Part shown: positions 30,253 through 42,019 of the stretch, in pieces | Layout: each line of letters begins with the position of its first letter | Numbering within the stretch: position 1 is the first letter of the stretch | DNA from: an uncultured Verrucomicrobiae bacterium | GTDB lineage: Bacteria; Verrucomicrobiota; Verrucomicrobiia; Palsa-1439 | DNA length: 64,000 nucleotides | Assembly (NCBI GenBank): GCA_963712025.1 | Contig: CAVQGJ010000011.1 | Coordinates: forward strand, 369,562 to 433,561 | Direction of reading: 5' to 3' | Program-made: the position numbers and the translations under genes | The notes under the pieces: model-generated | Seen by the model: only the letters and a program-made list of their open reading frames with translations | What the model was told of the DNA's origin: nothing | The model's database searches: none

Positions 30253-31343
30253 GAAACCTGGGGGCGGGCGGGATTGCGTATCGGCGCGTCGGCGGCCCGT
30301 CGGCGGTATCGCTCCTCGACAGCGTCACGGTTGCTCTCCAGCCAATCCGCGAGACGACGCACGTGCTGGGTAATCAACACCTGGCACGCGGCGATCTCGC
30401 GCTCGCGCGCCGCCATGTTTTCCCGCGCGATCTGTTGAAGATCATCGATGTCGTACAGGTAGACACCGTCCAATTCATCGCACGCGCGCTCGATGTCGCG
30501 GGGCACCGCGATATCGATGAGAAACAGCGGACGCTGCCGGCGGATTTTCATCAAGGGCGCAAGTTTCTCCTTGGTGAGGATCGGGTGTGGCGCGGCTGTC
30601 GAACTGATGACGATGTCAACCTCGGGAAATTCGCTCGGCCACTGCTCGTAGGAGATTGCCCGTCCCTGAAGTTGGGCGGCCAGCGCCTCGGCCCGCTCGT
30701 GCGTGCGGCTGCAGACCAGAATGGCCCCGGCCCCGCGACTCTGAAGGGCGCGTGCCGTCGCCTCGCTCATCGGACCGGTGCCGATGACCATCACGGCGCA
30801 CTTCCCCAGTTTGCCGAAGATCTTTTCCGCGAGGTCGACCGCAACCGTACCGACGGAAGTTGAGCCGCGGGCAATGGCCGTGGTCGACCGGATGTGCTTG
30901 GCTGCGGAGAACGCTTTCTGAAACACGCGGTTGAGGACCACCCCCGTTGTGCCAGCGACTTGCGCAACGGAGTAGGCGTCTTTCACCTGCCCAAAGATCT
31001 CGGTCTCGCCGAGCACCATGGAATCGAGCCCGCAAGCGACTTCGAGCAGATGGTGGATGCACAAGTCGTCACGATGCTCGTAGAGATGGGCGTCCAGGCG
31101 ATCCGTCAGGCGGTGATGGTCGTGGAGAAACTCCCGCACGGAGCGGGCGGCTTCACTGGCGTTCTCCACGAGCGCATACACTTCCACCCGGTTGCACGTC
31201 GAAAGGATCACCGTCTCGTGCAACGGGCTGGCGGCCAGCAACCGCGTGTGCGCGTCGCCGAGGCTCGTTTTGGCGAAGGCCAGTTGTTCGCGCACTTCCA
31301 CGGGCGCGCTTCGATGATTCAAGCCGATGACAATCAGGTTCAT
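30249..31343 (-). CDS. hemA: glutamyl-tRNA reductase
   Basis: GLNHRSAPVEVRE, LSTCNRVE, GLDSMVLGETEIFGQVK, IDIAVPRDIE. Confidence 0.95.
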   Translation of the reverse strand: MNLIVIGLNHRSAPVEVREQLAFAKTSLGDAHTRLLAASPLHETVILSTCNRVEVYALVENASEAARSVREFLHDHHRLTDRLDAHLYEHRDDLCIHHLLEVACGLDSMVLGETEIFGQVKDAYSVAQVAGTTGVVLNRVFQKAFSAAKHIRSTTAIARGSTSVGTVAVDLAEKIFGKLGKCAVMVIGTGPMSEATARALQSRGAGAILVCSRTHERAEALAAQLQGRAISYEQWPSEFPEVDIVISSTAAPHPILTKEKLAPLMKIRRQRPLFLIDIAVPRDIERACDELDGVYLYDIDDLQQIARENMAAREREIAACQVLITQHVRRLADWLESNRDAVEERYRRRAADAPIRNPARPQVS

Positions 31344-32138
31344 GGCTGGAACAAGTTGACTCCCCAAAACCCGATGAGCATCAGCGCAAAGGACGCCATC
31401 GATGCCAGTGCCACCTTTCGTCCCCGCAGTGTCCACAGGCCCCGCGCGGCAATGAGCGCGCCGTACAGCACCCACACCGAGGATGCCCAGATGATCTTCG
31501 GGACCGTCCAATGGCCTACGATGTGATACGAGATGATGCCACCGACCATGCCCGCGGTCAGCATCGCAAACCCCATAATCAGCAGTCGGAAATGGATGAC
31601 GTCGAGTTGCTCAATCGACGGCAGGAGGAGAAAGGAGGATGTCAGCCGTCGCGTCTTGAGTTGACGCTCTTGAAACAGGTACATGGCGCCCGGTGACAAA
31701 TGCCAGGGCAAACGCACCGTACGCCACGACCGCGATCGCGGCGTGTAACTCGACCCACGCGCTACGCGACGGCGGCTGGGCGCTCACCACGTCCACGGGC
31801 AGCAGCAACGCCGCCAGGCATATCACCAATACCAGCGGCGCAGTAAACGCGCCAAGGAACGAAATCCGGTACGACGGCCCAATCAGCAGAAAGAAAAGCA
31901 CGGCCGCCCAGGTAACGAACACCTGCGTCTCGAACAGGTTCGTCAACGGGCAACGTCCGAGCGCCCGGCCGCGCAAGTACAGGAAAACCGTATGCAACAC
32001 AAACCCGGCCGCCATGGCGGCGTAATTTGCCTGTTGCAAGCCCGGTCCACCACCAGCCGACCGCAGCCGTCGGAGGGTGACAATGCAACTGGCGGCGTAA
32101 AACACCAGTGCCAGCCAGAGAAATGTTCGGTCGGTCAT
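31340..32138 (-). CDS. ccsA: cytochrome c biogenesis CcsA/HemX-type membrane protein; +1 indel near 31690
   Basis: CPLTNLFE, WVELHAA, MYLFQERQLK, LPSIEQLD, WTVPKIIWA. Confidence 0.85.
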
Positions 32139-32642
32139 GATACCTTCTTCTTCGCGCGGCGGGCCGCGCTCATCCTTCTGAGCAGTCGAGGATACCCGCG
32201 ACCAAGGAATCGTTCAAGATCGCGCCGCAACCGCTTGGCAAACGCCGGACTCGCTCCTCCCGTCGAAATTGCCAGTGAAATCCCGCCACGACGTACGTGA
32301 GACGGGACGATGAAATTGCCGCCCGACGGCGGGGCAATGCAGTTGACCAGTACGCGGCGCCGCTTCGCTTCGGCGCACACGGACTCGTTGATGGCCAGGT
32401 CGTTCGTGGCGGCAATCGCCAGAAACGCGCCGCGAAGGTCGCCCCGACGGTATGGTCGACGGACCCACCGAACCCGCCTGCTTCGCGCCAGACGGCGGAT
32501 GGTCGATCTGGCTTCGAGGGCTGATGACGGTCACCCGAGCTTTTGCGCCGAGCAGCGTGCGGATTTTGCGCGTCGCGACACCGCCCGCGCCAATGACGAC
32601 GACGGGTTGGTCTGCGAGATCGAGAAACAGTGGATAGTGCAT
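32135..32642 (-). CDS. sirC: precorrin-2 dehydrogenase / sirohydrochlorin ferrochelatase (SirC/Met8/CysG N-term); indel near 32515
   Basis: YPLFLDL, VIGAGGVATRK, NFIVPS, AISTGGASP. Confidence 0.85.
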
Positions 32643-32656
32643 CTAGGAAATTGGCA

Positions 32657-32683
32657 GCGGGGGTGACCTGATGTCACCCCCGC
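32657..32683 (-). terminator. stem-loop immediately downstream of rnpB
   Basis: gcgggggtgac-ctgat-gtcacccccgc, 11-bp stem; weak U-tract. Confidence 0.5.
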
Positions 32684-32693
32684 CATCCGTTCA

Positions 32694-33057
<364 letters not shown>

Positions 33058-33093
33058 ATCGAATTCAAATCAAACAACACGTCCGGCCAGCCA

Positions 33094-33803
33094 TCATTCC
33101 GGCTGCCAATATAGAATGCGCCCGCAGTAATCGCAACTGGTCAACTCGCTGCCGTGCTTGGCGTTGTGGGCCAGTTGCGGTGGGATACTCAGATGGCATC
33201 CGCCACAATTCCCATTGCGGATCGGCACAATCGCGAAATCGCTCTTGCTGCGCATCAGCCGCTCATAGCGGTTCAATGCATCGGGATCGACCTCCTGGGC
33301 AAGCTGTTGTCGCTCCGCCAGCACTTGTTTCAGGTCCTGATCGATAATGGCAATGCGTTTCTGAAGATCGGCCCGCTCGGCCTCCACTTTGGCCGTGACC
33401 TCTTTCAGCGTCACCTGCTCCGTCTTCACCGAAGGCTGAAGTTCGTCGCTCTTCTCCATCACTTCCAGCTCGTGCGTCTCAATCTCGTCGATCTCCCGTT
33501 CGACCCTGGCGATTTCCTTCAGCAACGCCTGGTATTCGGTGTTCGACTTGATCTAGCGAAAGCTGCGTCCGGTATTTCGTTATCTGGGTGCGCTTGGACT
33601 CGGCGTCAATCTCCCATTTCTTCCGCTCGGCCTCAATGTGTTTCGCCTCGGTCTCGCAAACCCTCCAGACGAGCCGACTCCGCCTTCAGACGTTGTTCGG
33701 CCGCCGCGACCTGCTCGGGAATGCGCATCCGTTCCATCTTGAGTTGCGCAATCCGCCGGTCGCGGTCCTGCACTAACAGGAGTTTTTCGACAGCTGGCAG
33801 CAT
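33094..33803 (-). CDS. coiled-coil + C4-type zinc ribbon protein (CT398/HP0958 family); frameshifted
   Basis: LLLVQDRD N-terminus, coiled coil, CGGCHL...CDYCGRILY; adjacent to rnpB. Confidence 0.85.
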
Positions 33804-33850
33804 GACATCCTTCCGACAACAACCAGTGTAAAGGGACGTGCGACAATGTG

Positions 33851-34457
33851 TCAACGCCGCGCCCGACCCCGCTTTCCCATGAGCTGATCGACGTACTTGC
33901 CCAGGATATCCGCTTCCAGGTTCACCCGGTCACCCTCCCGGCACGCCCGCAGGTTCGTGACGTCCCGCGTGTGCGGGATGATCCAGATGCGGAACCAGTT
34001 ACGACCGATCCCCGCAACGGTCAGGCTGATGCCGTCGACGGCGACCGACCCCTTCTCGACGATATAGCGCATCACCGAAGCCGGCGCTTCGACATCCAGC
34101 ACGTAATCTTTGCCCTCCCGCTCAAACCGCCGCACCTTGCCCCGCGCATCCACGTGACCGAGCACAAAATGCCCGTCGAGCCGCGCATCGGCGCGCAGTG
34201 GTCGCTCCAGATTAACCAACGAACCGCTTCGGACGAGTTCGAGGTTTGTCCGCCGGAGCGTCTCGTCGAGCACATCAAACTTCAACACGCCGCCACGCGA
34301 TCCGACGACGGTCAGGCACGCGCCATTGACCGCGACGCTGTTTCCGACCCGAAGCGACCGGCCAATCGTCGGCGCGCGAACGGTCAATTCCGTCGACCGC
34401 TTGCCCGGAACGGATCTTCTCGACGACGCCCGCTTCTTCAACGATTCCCGTAAACAT
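33851..34457 (-). CDS. ribE: riboflavin synthase; +1 indel near 34412
   Basis: MFTGIVEE, SVAVNGACLTV, VNLER, GHFVLGHVD, KGSVAVDGISLTV, IIPHT. Confidence 0.93.
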
Positions 34458-34460
34458 GGC

Positions 34461-35398
34461 TCAAACGATAGGGACGCGATTCTTGTGTGTCGAGCAAAGT
34501 CTTTTCACGTCCGCGAGTCGCACGAAACCCGGCTCCACGGTCATCGCGTTCGCCGCGCCACAGGCGATCCCGAGACGGATGGCTTCCGCCATCGACTCGC
34601 CGCGCCACAACCCGACCGCAATCCCGGCCATCATCGCGTCGCCGGAGCCGATCGGGTTCTTCGCGTTCACGCGTGGCGGCTTCCACGTCGTCACCGCGCG
34701 ACCGGGCTTCTCGGATGCCTACACGCTCTTCGCGCCATCGGTGATCACGGCGTACTGCGGCCCTTCCCTCACCAACCTGCGCAGCGCGCGTGACATGGCC
34801 GACGTTGTCAGCGCCGTTTACCCGTGTTGCCGCCGCCAGTTCATCGCGATTGATCTTCACGAGAAACGGTCGACGCTTCAACGCATTCCGGAGTTGCGCC
34901 TTCTGCGCGTCGATCAGCACGGGAACGCCCAGTCGTTGAGACTCGGCAACCAACCGCGCATAAAAGTCGTCCCCGCAACCGTCGGGCACCGTCCCCGTCA
35001 GGATGACCAACCTCGCCTTCCGCGCCTCCGCTCCAAACGCGCGCAGCACGTTCCTCACCTCGACGGACGTCAACGCCCCCGATTCTTCCACCAACTCCGT
35101 CGCGCCATCGCCGCCCAGCAACGTCTGGCAAATCCGCGTCTCGGCTTTCACTCGCACGATGCGCGTCCCGAATCGTTGCTGTTCGCAGTTTCGCGCGGAG
35201 CAACCGACCGCGAGCGCCACCGGCCACCGTCAACAGCCGCACATCCGCGCCGAGAATCGACGCCACGCGCGCGACATTCACACCCTTGCCGGACGCCGTT
35301 TCGTCGACGCGCGTCGCGCGGTTGACCTTCCCGGGAACGAATTCTTCAAACACGAGCGTCCGTTGCCACGCGGGCGACAAACCGACGACGAGAATCAT
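34461..35398 (-). CDS. PfkB/1-phosphofructokinase-family sugar kinase; several indels
   Basis: SGKGVNVARV, ETRIC, LVKINRDEL, NPIGSGDAMMAG, AANA. Confidence 0.82.
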
Positions 35399-36497
35399 CG
35401 CGCTACGCTCGCTTCCAGCAGCATCTCGTCCCTGCCGACCCGCCGCCAACGACAATCCCGAAGTCGCACCGCCGTTCCGACCCTCGAAGCGCCTTCGCCC
35501 GCGACCGCCGCGACCGCACCGCGTCCGCCGATGACAATCGGCGCATAGAACAGCGCCACCCGATCCACCAGCCGCGCATCGAAGAGCGACCCGAGCAATT
35601 CGCCGCCGCCTTCCACCAACACGCTCGTAATGTCCCGCTTCCCGAGGGCCTTCAACGCCACTCGTAAATCAACCCGCCCACCCTTGTGCGGCAAGACGAT
35701 TGCATCCACGCCCATCCGCGACAAATATCGCCGCCATGTCGCCGACGACAGACTCGTCGTGAGAACCAACGTGCGCCGGCGTTGCGCGTCCCGGAAAATC
35801 TTTGCCTTCCTCGAAACGCGTCCCCGCGCGTCGACCACCACCCGCCACGGTTGTTGGCCGCGGACCCCGTGCCGCACGGTCAATTCCGGGTCGTCGCGAA
35901 TCACCGTGTTCGCGCCCACCATGATGGCATCGACCCGCGCCCGCCACCGGTGCGCCTCGCGCCGTGCCGCCGCGCTCGTGATCCACTTCGAGTCGCCCGT
36001 GCGCGTGGCGATCTTCCCGTCGAGACTCATCGCCGCTTTGGCGATCACCAACGGCATCCCCGTCGTGATCCATTTATTGAACCCCTCGTTCATTCCCGCC
36101 GCTTCCCCGGCCAGCAACCCCGCCTCGACGCGAATCCCGGCGCGCCGCAACACTCGAAATCCGCGTCCGTTGTGTTTCGGGTTCGGATCGCGCGCCGCAA
36201 CCACGACGCGCTTCACGCTCGCCGCAATAATCGCATCCGTGCATGGCGGCGTTCTGCCCCACGTGCTGCACGGTTCCAGAGTCACGTACAGCGTCGCGCC
36301 ACGCGCGTTCATGCCGCGCAATGCAACACCTCCGCATGCGGTCCACCCGCCTTCTTATGCCATCCCTCGCCGACAACGCGTCCCTTCCTGACCAGCACCG
36401 CGCCGACCGCCGGGTTCGGGCTGGTCTTACCCAACCCGCGCCGCGCCAGCGCCAGCGCCCGTCGCATAAACCGTTCGTCCTGTTTGCCGAAAGCCAT
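35395..36497 (-). CDS. ribD: bifunctional diaminohydroxyphosphoribosylaminopyrimidine deaminase/reductase; -1 indel near 36325
   Basis: [38 protein letters not shown]. Confidence 0.94.
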
Positions 36498-36588
36498 GTT
36501 CCGACTTTACCAGATCTGCTGTTCCGAGTGCACCGACAACCTTCGGTGGGAACCCGCTAAATGAACTGTGACGAAGTACGGGCCGTGA

Positions 36589-37455
36589 TCACGGCCACGA
36601 ATACTGCTTGAGACCGCCTGCCGGTGAGATTTCCTGGGTCCCTTTCAGAGAGTAACAAGACGAGTTCTCCTCGCGAACCACATAAATGGCGGAAACCGGC
36701 GGCGCAGTCTCGGGCGCTGGCTGCGAATCACCCGTTGCGTACGCCATCCCGTAGCCGCGGCCAGGCACTCGTATGCTGCCTTTCCCTCCATAGAGCACGA
36801 TCGTCCCCGGTTGGGCCTGTACCTGGAGCTGTTGCTCCAAAGGATCCTGTCGAGCATTCCATTCCGCATACTTTCGGCTCACGTCCTCAAGGAATCGTCT
36901 GCCATCCTCGTCAAAGTGTGCGCAGACGATCGTCTGATTGGTGAGCGCAAGTTGCGCGACATATCCACCCGAAGGGAGTGCGTTGATCGCGCCATCAACC
37001 TGGAACACCGAGATTACCTCCACATTGTTATTATTTACGTTCGCCTTCTGAATGACCGCTTGCTGTTCCCTCGCCAATTCCTCCTGGACTTCCTGCTCCT
37101 TCTGCGCCGCCTCCAGCGCCGCAGCCTCGCGCTGTTGCCGCAGCCGTTCCCTGGCCTGGATCTCAATCAGGTGCTGTTGTGCCGCCGCCGATTCTTGTGC
37201 ACGGTAGGCTGCGGCCCTCTGCGGGTCGTAGTCGAACCGCTGCTGAAGTTCCGGCGGAAGTTTTTCCAGCGGAATCGACGCCACGCCTGTCTCGTGAAAG
37301 ATCGTAACCGTCGCCGGGGTGACCGTGTGCCAGGTGACGTTTGAATAGGTGACGCCGTCCACGGTGATCGTCGTGGGTAACGTGTTCGTTTGCTCGGCGA
37401 ACGATGCGGCTACAGCGAACACAACAAGCAGGACGGCGACACAAACGGCTTTCAT
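36589..37455 (-). CDS. secreted hypothetical protein
   Basis: Signal peptide MKAVCVAVLLVVFAVAASFA; IPLEKLPPELQQRFDYDP motif seen in PVC secreted proteins; coiled coil. Confidence 0.75.
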   Translation of the reverse strand: MKAVCVAVLLVVFAVAASFAEQTNTLPTTITVDGVTYSNVTWHTVTPATVTIFHETGVASIPLEKLPPELQQRFDYDPQRAAAYRAQESAAAQQHLIEIQARERLRQQREAAALEAAQKEQEVQEELAREQQAVIQKANVNNNNVEVISVFQVDGAINALPSGGYVAQLALTNQTIVCAHFDEDGRRFLEDVSRKYAEWNARQDPLEQQLQVQAQPGTIVLYGGKGSIRVPGRGYGMAYATGDSQPAPETAPPVSAIYVVREENSSCYSLKGTQEISPAGGLKQYSWP

Positions 37456-37520
37456 CACGGTTTCTTCCTTCGGCTACGGCATCCGACATGGTAACGCCGG
37501 AAGGGGCGCGCGGCAAGGCT

Positions 37521-38447
37521 TCACAGCCCGCGCGTCTCTGGACTTTCTGCGAACAGCGCCTCGGCGAACTGCTTCGGGTCGAACGGCTGCAAGTCATCCA
37601 CCTGCTCGCCCAGACCGATAAATTTGACCGGGATTTTCAGTTCGCGGGCAATGGCGACGACGATGCCGCCTTTCGCCGTGCCATCCAGCTTGGTGACGAT
37701 CAACCCCGTGACGCCCAGCGCCTGGTGAAACTCGCGGGCTTGATTCAGCGCATTCGTGCCCGTGGTGGAATCGAGCACCAGCAGGACTTCGTGTGGCGCG
37801 GTCGGCGCCTTCTTCTGGAGTGAGCGATGCATCTTCTTCATCTCCTCCATCAGGTTTTTCTTCGTGTGCAACCGCCCGGCGGTATCGATGATCAGGTAAT
37901 CGACCTTCCGATTGATCGCCGCTTCCAGGGCGTCGTATGCAATCGCCGCGGAATCCGCGCCGTACTGTCCCGCGATCACTTCGCACCCGACGCGTTGACC
38001 CCATATCTTCAACTGTTCGATGGCCGCCGCTCGAAACGTGTCGCACGCGGCCAGCAGCACCGTATTCCCCTGCCCTTTCAACAAATGCGCCAGCTTGGCC
38101 GCGGACGTCGTCTTGCCCGTGCCATTGACGCCCGCCAGCAATATGACCGTTGGCGGCTGAGCCGCTTTCGCCAGCCCCGGTGTGGCAACGCCCAGCTCGC
38201 GCTCAATCTCCGCGCGCGCAATCGCAAACACATCCACCTCGCCCGATTGCCTGGCGGCTTCCTTGGTCAACTCAACGATCTTGACCGCCGTGTCGACTCC
38301 AATGTCCGTCGAGATCAGCGTGGCTTCGAGTTCTTCGAGCGACTCGGCATCGAGTTTCGGCCCGCGCGTGACGATCCGCTTGATTTCGGTCGAAAGTTTC
38401 TCCTGCGTCTTGCGCAGTCCGTCTCGGAATTTTTGGAATAGCCCCAT
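37521..38447 (-). CDS. ftsY: signal recognition particle receptor FtsY
   Basis: GVNGTGKTT, DTFRAAA, DTAGR, TKLDGTAKGG. Confidence 0.96.
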   Translation of the reverse strand: MGLFQKFRDGLRKTQEKLSTEIKRIVTRGPKLDAESLEELEATLISTDIGVDTAVKIVELTKEAARQSGEVDVFAIARAEIERELGVATPGLAKAAQPPTVILLAGVNGTGKTTSAAKLAHLLKGQGNTVLLAACDTFRAAAIEQLKIWGQRVGCEVIAGQYGADSAAIAYDALEAAINRKVDYLIIDTAGRLHTKKNLMEEMKKMHRSLQKKAPTAPHEVLLVLDSTTGTNALNQAREFHQALGVTGLIVTKLDGTAKGGIVVAIARELKIPVKFIGLGEQVDDLQPFDPKQFAEALFAESPETRGL

Positions 38448-39298
38448 CAGGCTTTCGTCCCCAAAAGTGCTTTGAGCGCCTCGACCCGTTCATACGGCAA
38501 TTTGATTCTGCCGAGAAGCATCCCGTCGCGGCCCGAGCCGTGACAATCGCTGCCGCCGGTGGCGCACACGCCGAGCGTCTCGCTCATCCTCAAATAACGC
38601 TCGGTCTGCGCGGGCGAGTGCCGCGAATGCCACACCTCGATCCCCGCCATCCCTTGGGCGACCATGTCATGGATCCGCTCGTCGAGGGTGTTCAATCCCG
38701 GATGGGCGATCACCGCGAGGCCGCCGGCGCGCGTGACGTGGCCGATCGTCTCCGCGGCTTCCATGCGATACCGCTCAACATAAGCGGGCTTGCCGCGCTT
38801 GAGAAACCGCGTGAACGCCTCATCCACGCTCGACACATGCCCACGTTTCATCAGCGCCATGGCCACATGCGGACGACCAACGGTGCCGGACTCCGCGCAG
38901 GCGCGCACATCCTCAATCGTCAGCGCGATCCCCAGCGCATTCAGCTTCCTGACGAACTCCTCCGCGCGTTCTTCACGCACTTGCGTCGCATGGTTCAACA
39001 CGGCGCGCAGGTTCGTGTCCCGCCATGCGTCGCCGAACAAATACGCCAGCATGTGAAGCTCCTGCTCCCCGCAACGGCTGGTGATTTCGACGCCGGGGAT
39101 CACCTCGACGCCCAGTTCCTTGCCCGCCGCCAGCGCCTCGGGGATGCCGTTGATCGTGTCGTGATCGGTCACGGCGATGGCGGCAAAGCCGAGCCGCGCG
39201 GCGTGTTGCACCAACTCGCGGGGCGTGAACGAGCCGTCGGAATAGCGCGTGTGCAGGTGCAAATCCGCAAACCGCGGTGGAGGCGCGGCCGAACTCAT
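38447..39298 (-). CDS. PHP-domain phosphoesterase (TrpH/YciV-like)
   Basis: DLHLHTRYSDG, AVTDHDT, GRPHVA, AHPG, GGSDCHG. Confidence 0.9.
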   Translation of the reverse strand: MSSAAPPPRFADLHLHTRYSDGSFTPRELVQHAARLGFAAIAVTDHDTINGIPEALAAGKELGVEVIPGVEITSRCGEQELHMLAYLFGDAWRDTNLRAVLNHATQVREERAEEFVRKLNALGIALTIEDVRACAESGTVGRPHVAMALMKRGHVSSVDEAFTRFLKRGKPAYVERYRMEAAETIGHVTRAGGLAVIAHPGLNTLDERIHDMVAQGMAGIEVWHSRHSPAQTERYLRMSETLGVCATGGSDCHGSGRDGMLLGRIKLPYERVEALKALLGTKA

Positions 39299-39747
39299 CG
39301 CGTCGAGGTGGAGGTGCGCGATGGCCGCGTCAGATCGGCCTTCAGGCGGTCGAGGATCCCGTTGACGAACGCGCCAGACTCGCGCGTGGAGAATTTCTTG
39401 GCGATATCGACCGCTTCATTGATGCTGACGACAGGCGGGATATCGTCGCGGAACAGCATCTCGTACATGGCCAGCCGGAGAATGTTGCGGTCGACCGCGG
39501 CAATGCGCGGCAGGTCCCAGTTTTCGGTGTACTTGGCGATCTTCTCGTCGATCGCGGCGCGTTTCTCGATGACGCCACGCACCAGTTCCTCGGCGAACTT
39601 GTGGCCCGTCTCTCCCACTTCCTCTTGTGTCTCCCAGAACATCGTCAGCGCTTCGTCCAACGAACCGCCACTCATGTCAAACTGGTACAGGAACTGCACG
39701 ACCAGCTCCCGGACCGCGCGGCGCGTGACGTGTGGGTTTACTGACAT
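39295..39747 (-). CDS. nusB: transcription antitermination factor NusB
   Basis: RRAVRE..QFLYQ, NWDLPRIAAVDRNILR, INEAVDIAK, FVNGILD. Confidence 0.95.
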   Translation of the reverse strand: MSVNPHVTRRAVRELVVQFLYQFDMSGGSLDEALTMFWETQEEVGETGHKFAEELVRGVIEKRAAIDEKIAKYTENWDLPRIAAVDRNILRLAMYEMLFRDDIPPVVSINEAVDIAKKFSTRESGAFVNGILDRLKADLTRPSRTSTSTR

Positions 39748-40205
39748 TTCCATACCCGTGCCATCTCGATGGCGGTCAACGCCGCCTCGCGACCGCGATT
39801 GTGTTTCTTGCCGACGCAACGCACCCGCGCCTGTTTCACCGTGTCGGCGGTGACGATGCCAAAAATGGTTGGGACGCCCAACAGAATCGATATATTCGTG
39901 AGACCGTGCGCGACCGCGTCACCAATATGTTGCGCGTGACGCGTTTCGCCCTGCAACAGGACGCCCAACCCGATCACGCAATCGCATTTGCCGCTTCGGG
40001 CCAGTTTCGCCGCCGCGGCGGTGACCTCGAAGCTGCCCGGCACCTTCAACACCTTGATGTCGCGCATGTCCGCGCCCGCCTTGGCCAGCGTATCGAGGCA
40101 GTTCGCCAGCAAGGCGTCGGCAAGATCGGCGTTGTAGCGGGCGGCGGCAATGCCAAATCGCAGCCCGCTCGCGGAAAGATGTCGCTCGGTTTTGCGGGCG
40201 CGCAA
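39738..40205 (-). CDS. ribH: 6,7-dimethyl-8-ribityllumazine synthase (start uncertain: TTG 40205, or ATG 40209 with an indel)
   Basis: ARYN, VPGSFE, GETRH, PTIFGIVT. Confidence 0.92.
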   Translation of the reverse strand: MRARKTERHLSASGLRFGIAAARYNADLADALLANCLDTLAKAGADMRDIKVLKVPGSFEVTAAAAKLARSGKCDCVIGLGVLLQGETRHAQHIGDAVAHGLTNISILLGVPTIFGIVTADTVKQARVRCVGKKHNRGREAALTAIEMARVWKCQ

Positions 40206-40211
40206 GCATGA

Positions 40212-41433
40212 TTACAGCGCATGCCCCATTTTCGATTTCTTCGTTTCGAGGTATTTGGCGTTGTGCGGCGTGGGCGTGGCGCGAATGGGGACCTGTTCGA
40301 CAATCTTGAGGTTGAACCCCTCCAAGCCGACAACTTTCTTCGGATTGTTCGTGAGCAGGCGAATGCTGTGCAGACCGAGATCGACAAGGATTTGCGCGCC
40401 GAGGCCGTACTCGCGCAAATCGGGCTTGAACCCGAGCTTCTCATTGGCCTCGACCGTATCGAGCCCTTTTTCCTGCAGCGCGTACGCGTGGATCTTGTTG
40501 GCGAAACCGATCCCCCGTCCTTCCTGCCGCATGTAGACGAGAACGCCTTCACCTTCCTGCGCAATGCGCTTCAATGCGTCGTGCAGTTGCGACCCGCAAT
40601 CGCACCGCAACGAGCCGAACACGTCGCCCGTAAGACATTCACTATGGACGCGCACGAGAACGTTCTCCTTGCCGCGCACCTCTCCCATCACCAACGCGGC
40701 GTGATGCTGGCCATCCACAAGGGATCGGTACAGATGCAGCTTAAATTCGCCGTAGGGCGTCGGCAGTGACACTTCCTGCTCTTTCGCGACCAGTTTCTCC
40801 CGCATTCCGCCGATACTGGATGAAGTCGCGAATCGTGCACATCTTCAGGCCGAATTCTTCCTTGAACTTCATCAGGTCGGGCAATCGCGCCATCGTGCCG
40901 TCTTCGTTCAGGATCTCGCACAGGACAGCCACCGGAAACAGCCCCGCCATTTTGACCAGGTCCACCGACGCTTCGGTGTGGCCGGCCCGGCGTAGCACGC
41001 CGCCTTCGCGCGCCTGGAGCGGGAAGATATGGCCCGGCGACACCAGTTGTTCGGGTGTGGCATTCGGATCGGCCAACACGCGGATGCTGCGGGCGCGGTC
41101 CTGGGCGCTGATGCCCGTCGTGACGCCGTCGCGCGCATCGACGCTGACCATGAAATCGGTCTTAAAACTTTCGCGGTTCTCCGCAACCATGCGACCGATT
41201 CCGAGCACCTTGAGGCGCGATTCCGTCGTGGGGACACAGATCAAACCCCGCCCATGTTTCGTCATGAAATTGACTGCCTCCGGGGTGACCTTCTCGGCGG
41301 CCATGATGAGATCGCCTTCGTTCTCGCGGTCCTCGTCGTCGGTCACGACGATGATTTGCCCCGGACGAATGTCCTCAAGGCATTCCTCAATCGAATTGAA
41401 GCGGACCGACGATATCTGGGGCTTATCACTCAT
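40212..41433 (-). CDS. ribBA: bifunctional DHBP synthase / GTP cyclohydrolase II; +1 indel near 40806
   Basis: [50 protein letters not shown]. Confidence 0.95.
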
Positions 41434-41486
41434 GGCAACTGGGTGAATGATACCAGTAACCGTCGCGGAAGGCAAACCCGCTACGT

Positions 41487-41874
41487 TCAGTCGCGCGCGG
41501 GTTCGAACCGGACACCCTTGACGTGCAGCAGCACGACCCAGAAACGATACAGGTCGAGCTGCTCGCCCAGACTGGCGTAGTTCTTGTCGATCAGATCGCG
41601 GATGATCGTATCCATCTCCGAATACTGCATGGCCGTCTTGATGGCAATGTCCTGGAGATCAATTCTTGCTTTAAGACCCCGCTTGCCGTTCAACGCCGCA
41701 AGCAGAAACTTCACGGTGCGCTGGTTCAGCCCCATCTTCTCGACGTTCTCGTACACGATCCTCGGGAAACCGTAGCAACTCGAAGAACTGCTCGGGCACA
41801 TGCGCGGGGAAACTCACCTTTCCCACAAATGTCTTCTCCACGACGACCGCGTCGACAGGGATCTTCTCACTCAT
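41487..41874 (-). CDS. hypothetical winged-helix-like protein; frameshift near 41770
   Basis: Two frames join: MSEKIPVDAV...FFELL / GFPRIVYENVEKMGLN...QDIAIKTAMQYSEMDTIIRDLIDKNY; TTGAGT-17-TACCGT 7 nt upstream. Confidence 0.65.
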
Positions 41875-41981
41875 GGGCGGTACGGTAGTCAGTTCAATTC
41901 GGAGACTCAACCAAAAAACCAACGCCCTGGGTCGCGTTCGCACGCGACCGTTTCCAAGAGATGCCCGGCATCATTCCTAAA

Positions 41982-42010
41982 TTGACACGGTTTCGCCCCC
42001 CCGTTAACGT
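41982..42010 (+). promoter_or_regulatory. sigma70 promoter of gcvTHP
   Basis: TTGACA-17 nt-TAACGT, 9 nt before the ATG. Confidence 0.6.
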
Positions 42011-42019
42011 AACCGCGCG

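Noticed and set aside
36498-36588. FMN riboswitch before ribD (or ribBA)
   Set aside because: The intergenic spaces are too short and appear leaderless or short-leadered; no RFN consensus is seen.
41875-42019. Glycine riboswitch before gcvT
   Set aside because: No recognisable aptamer motifs, and the promoter lies only 9 nt before the ATG.
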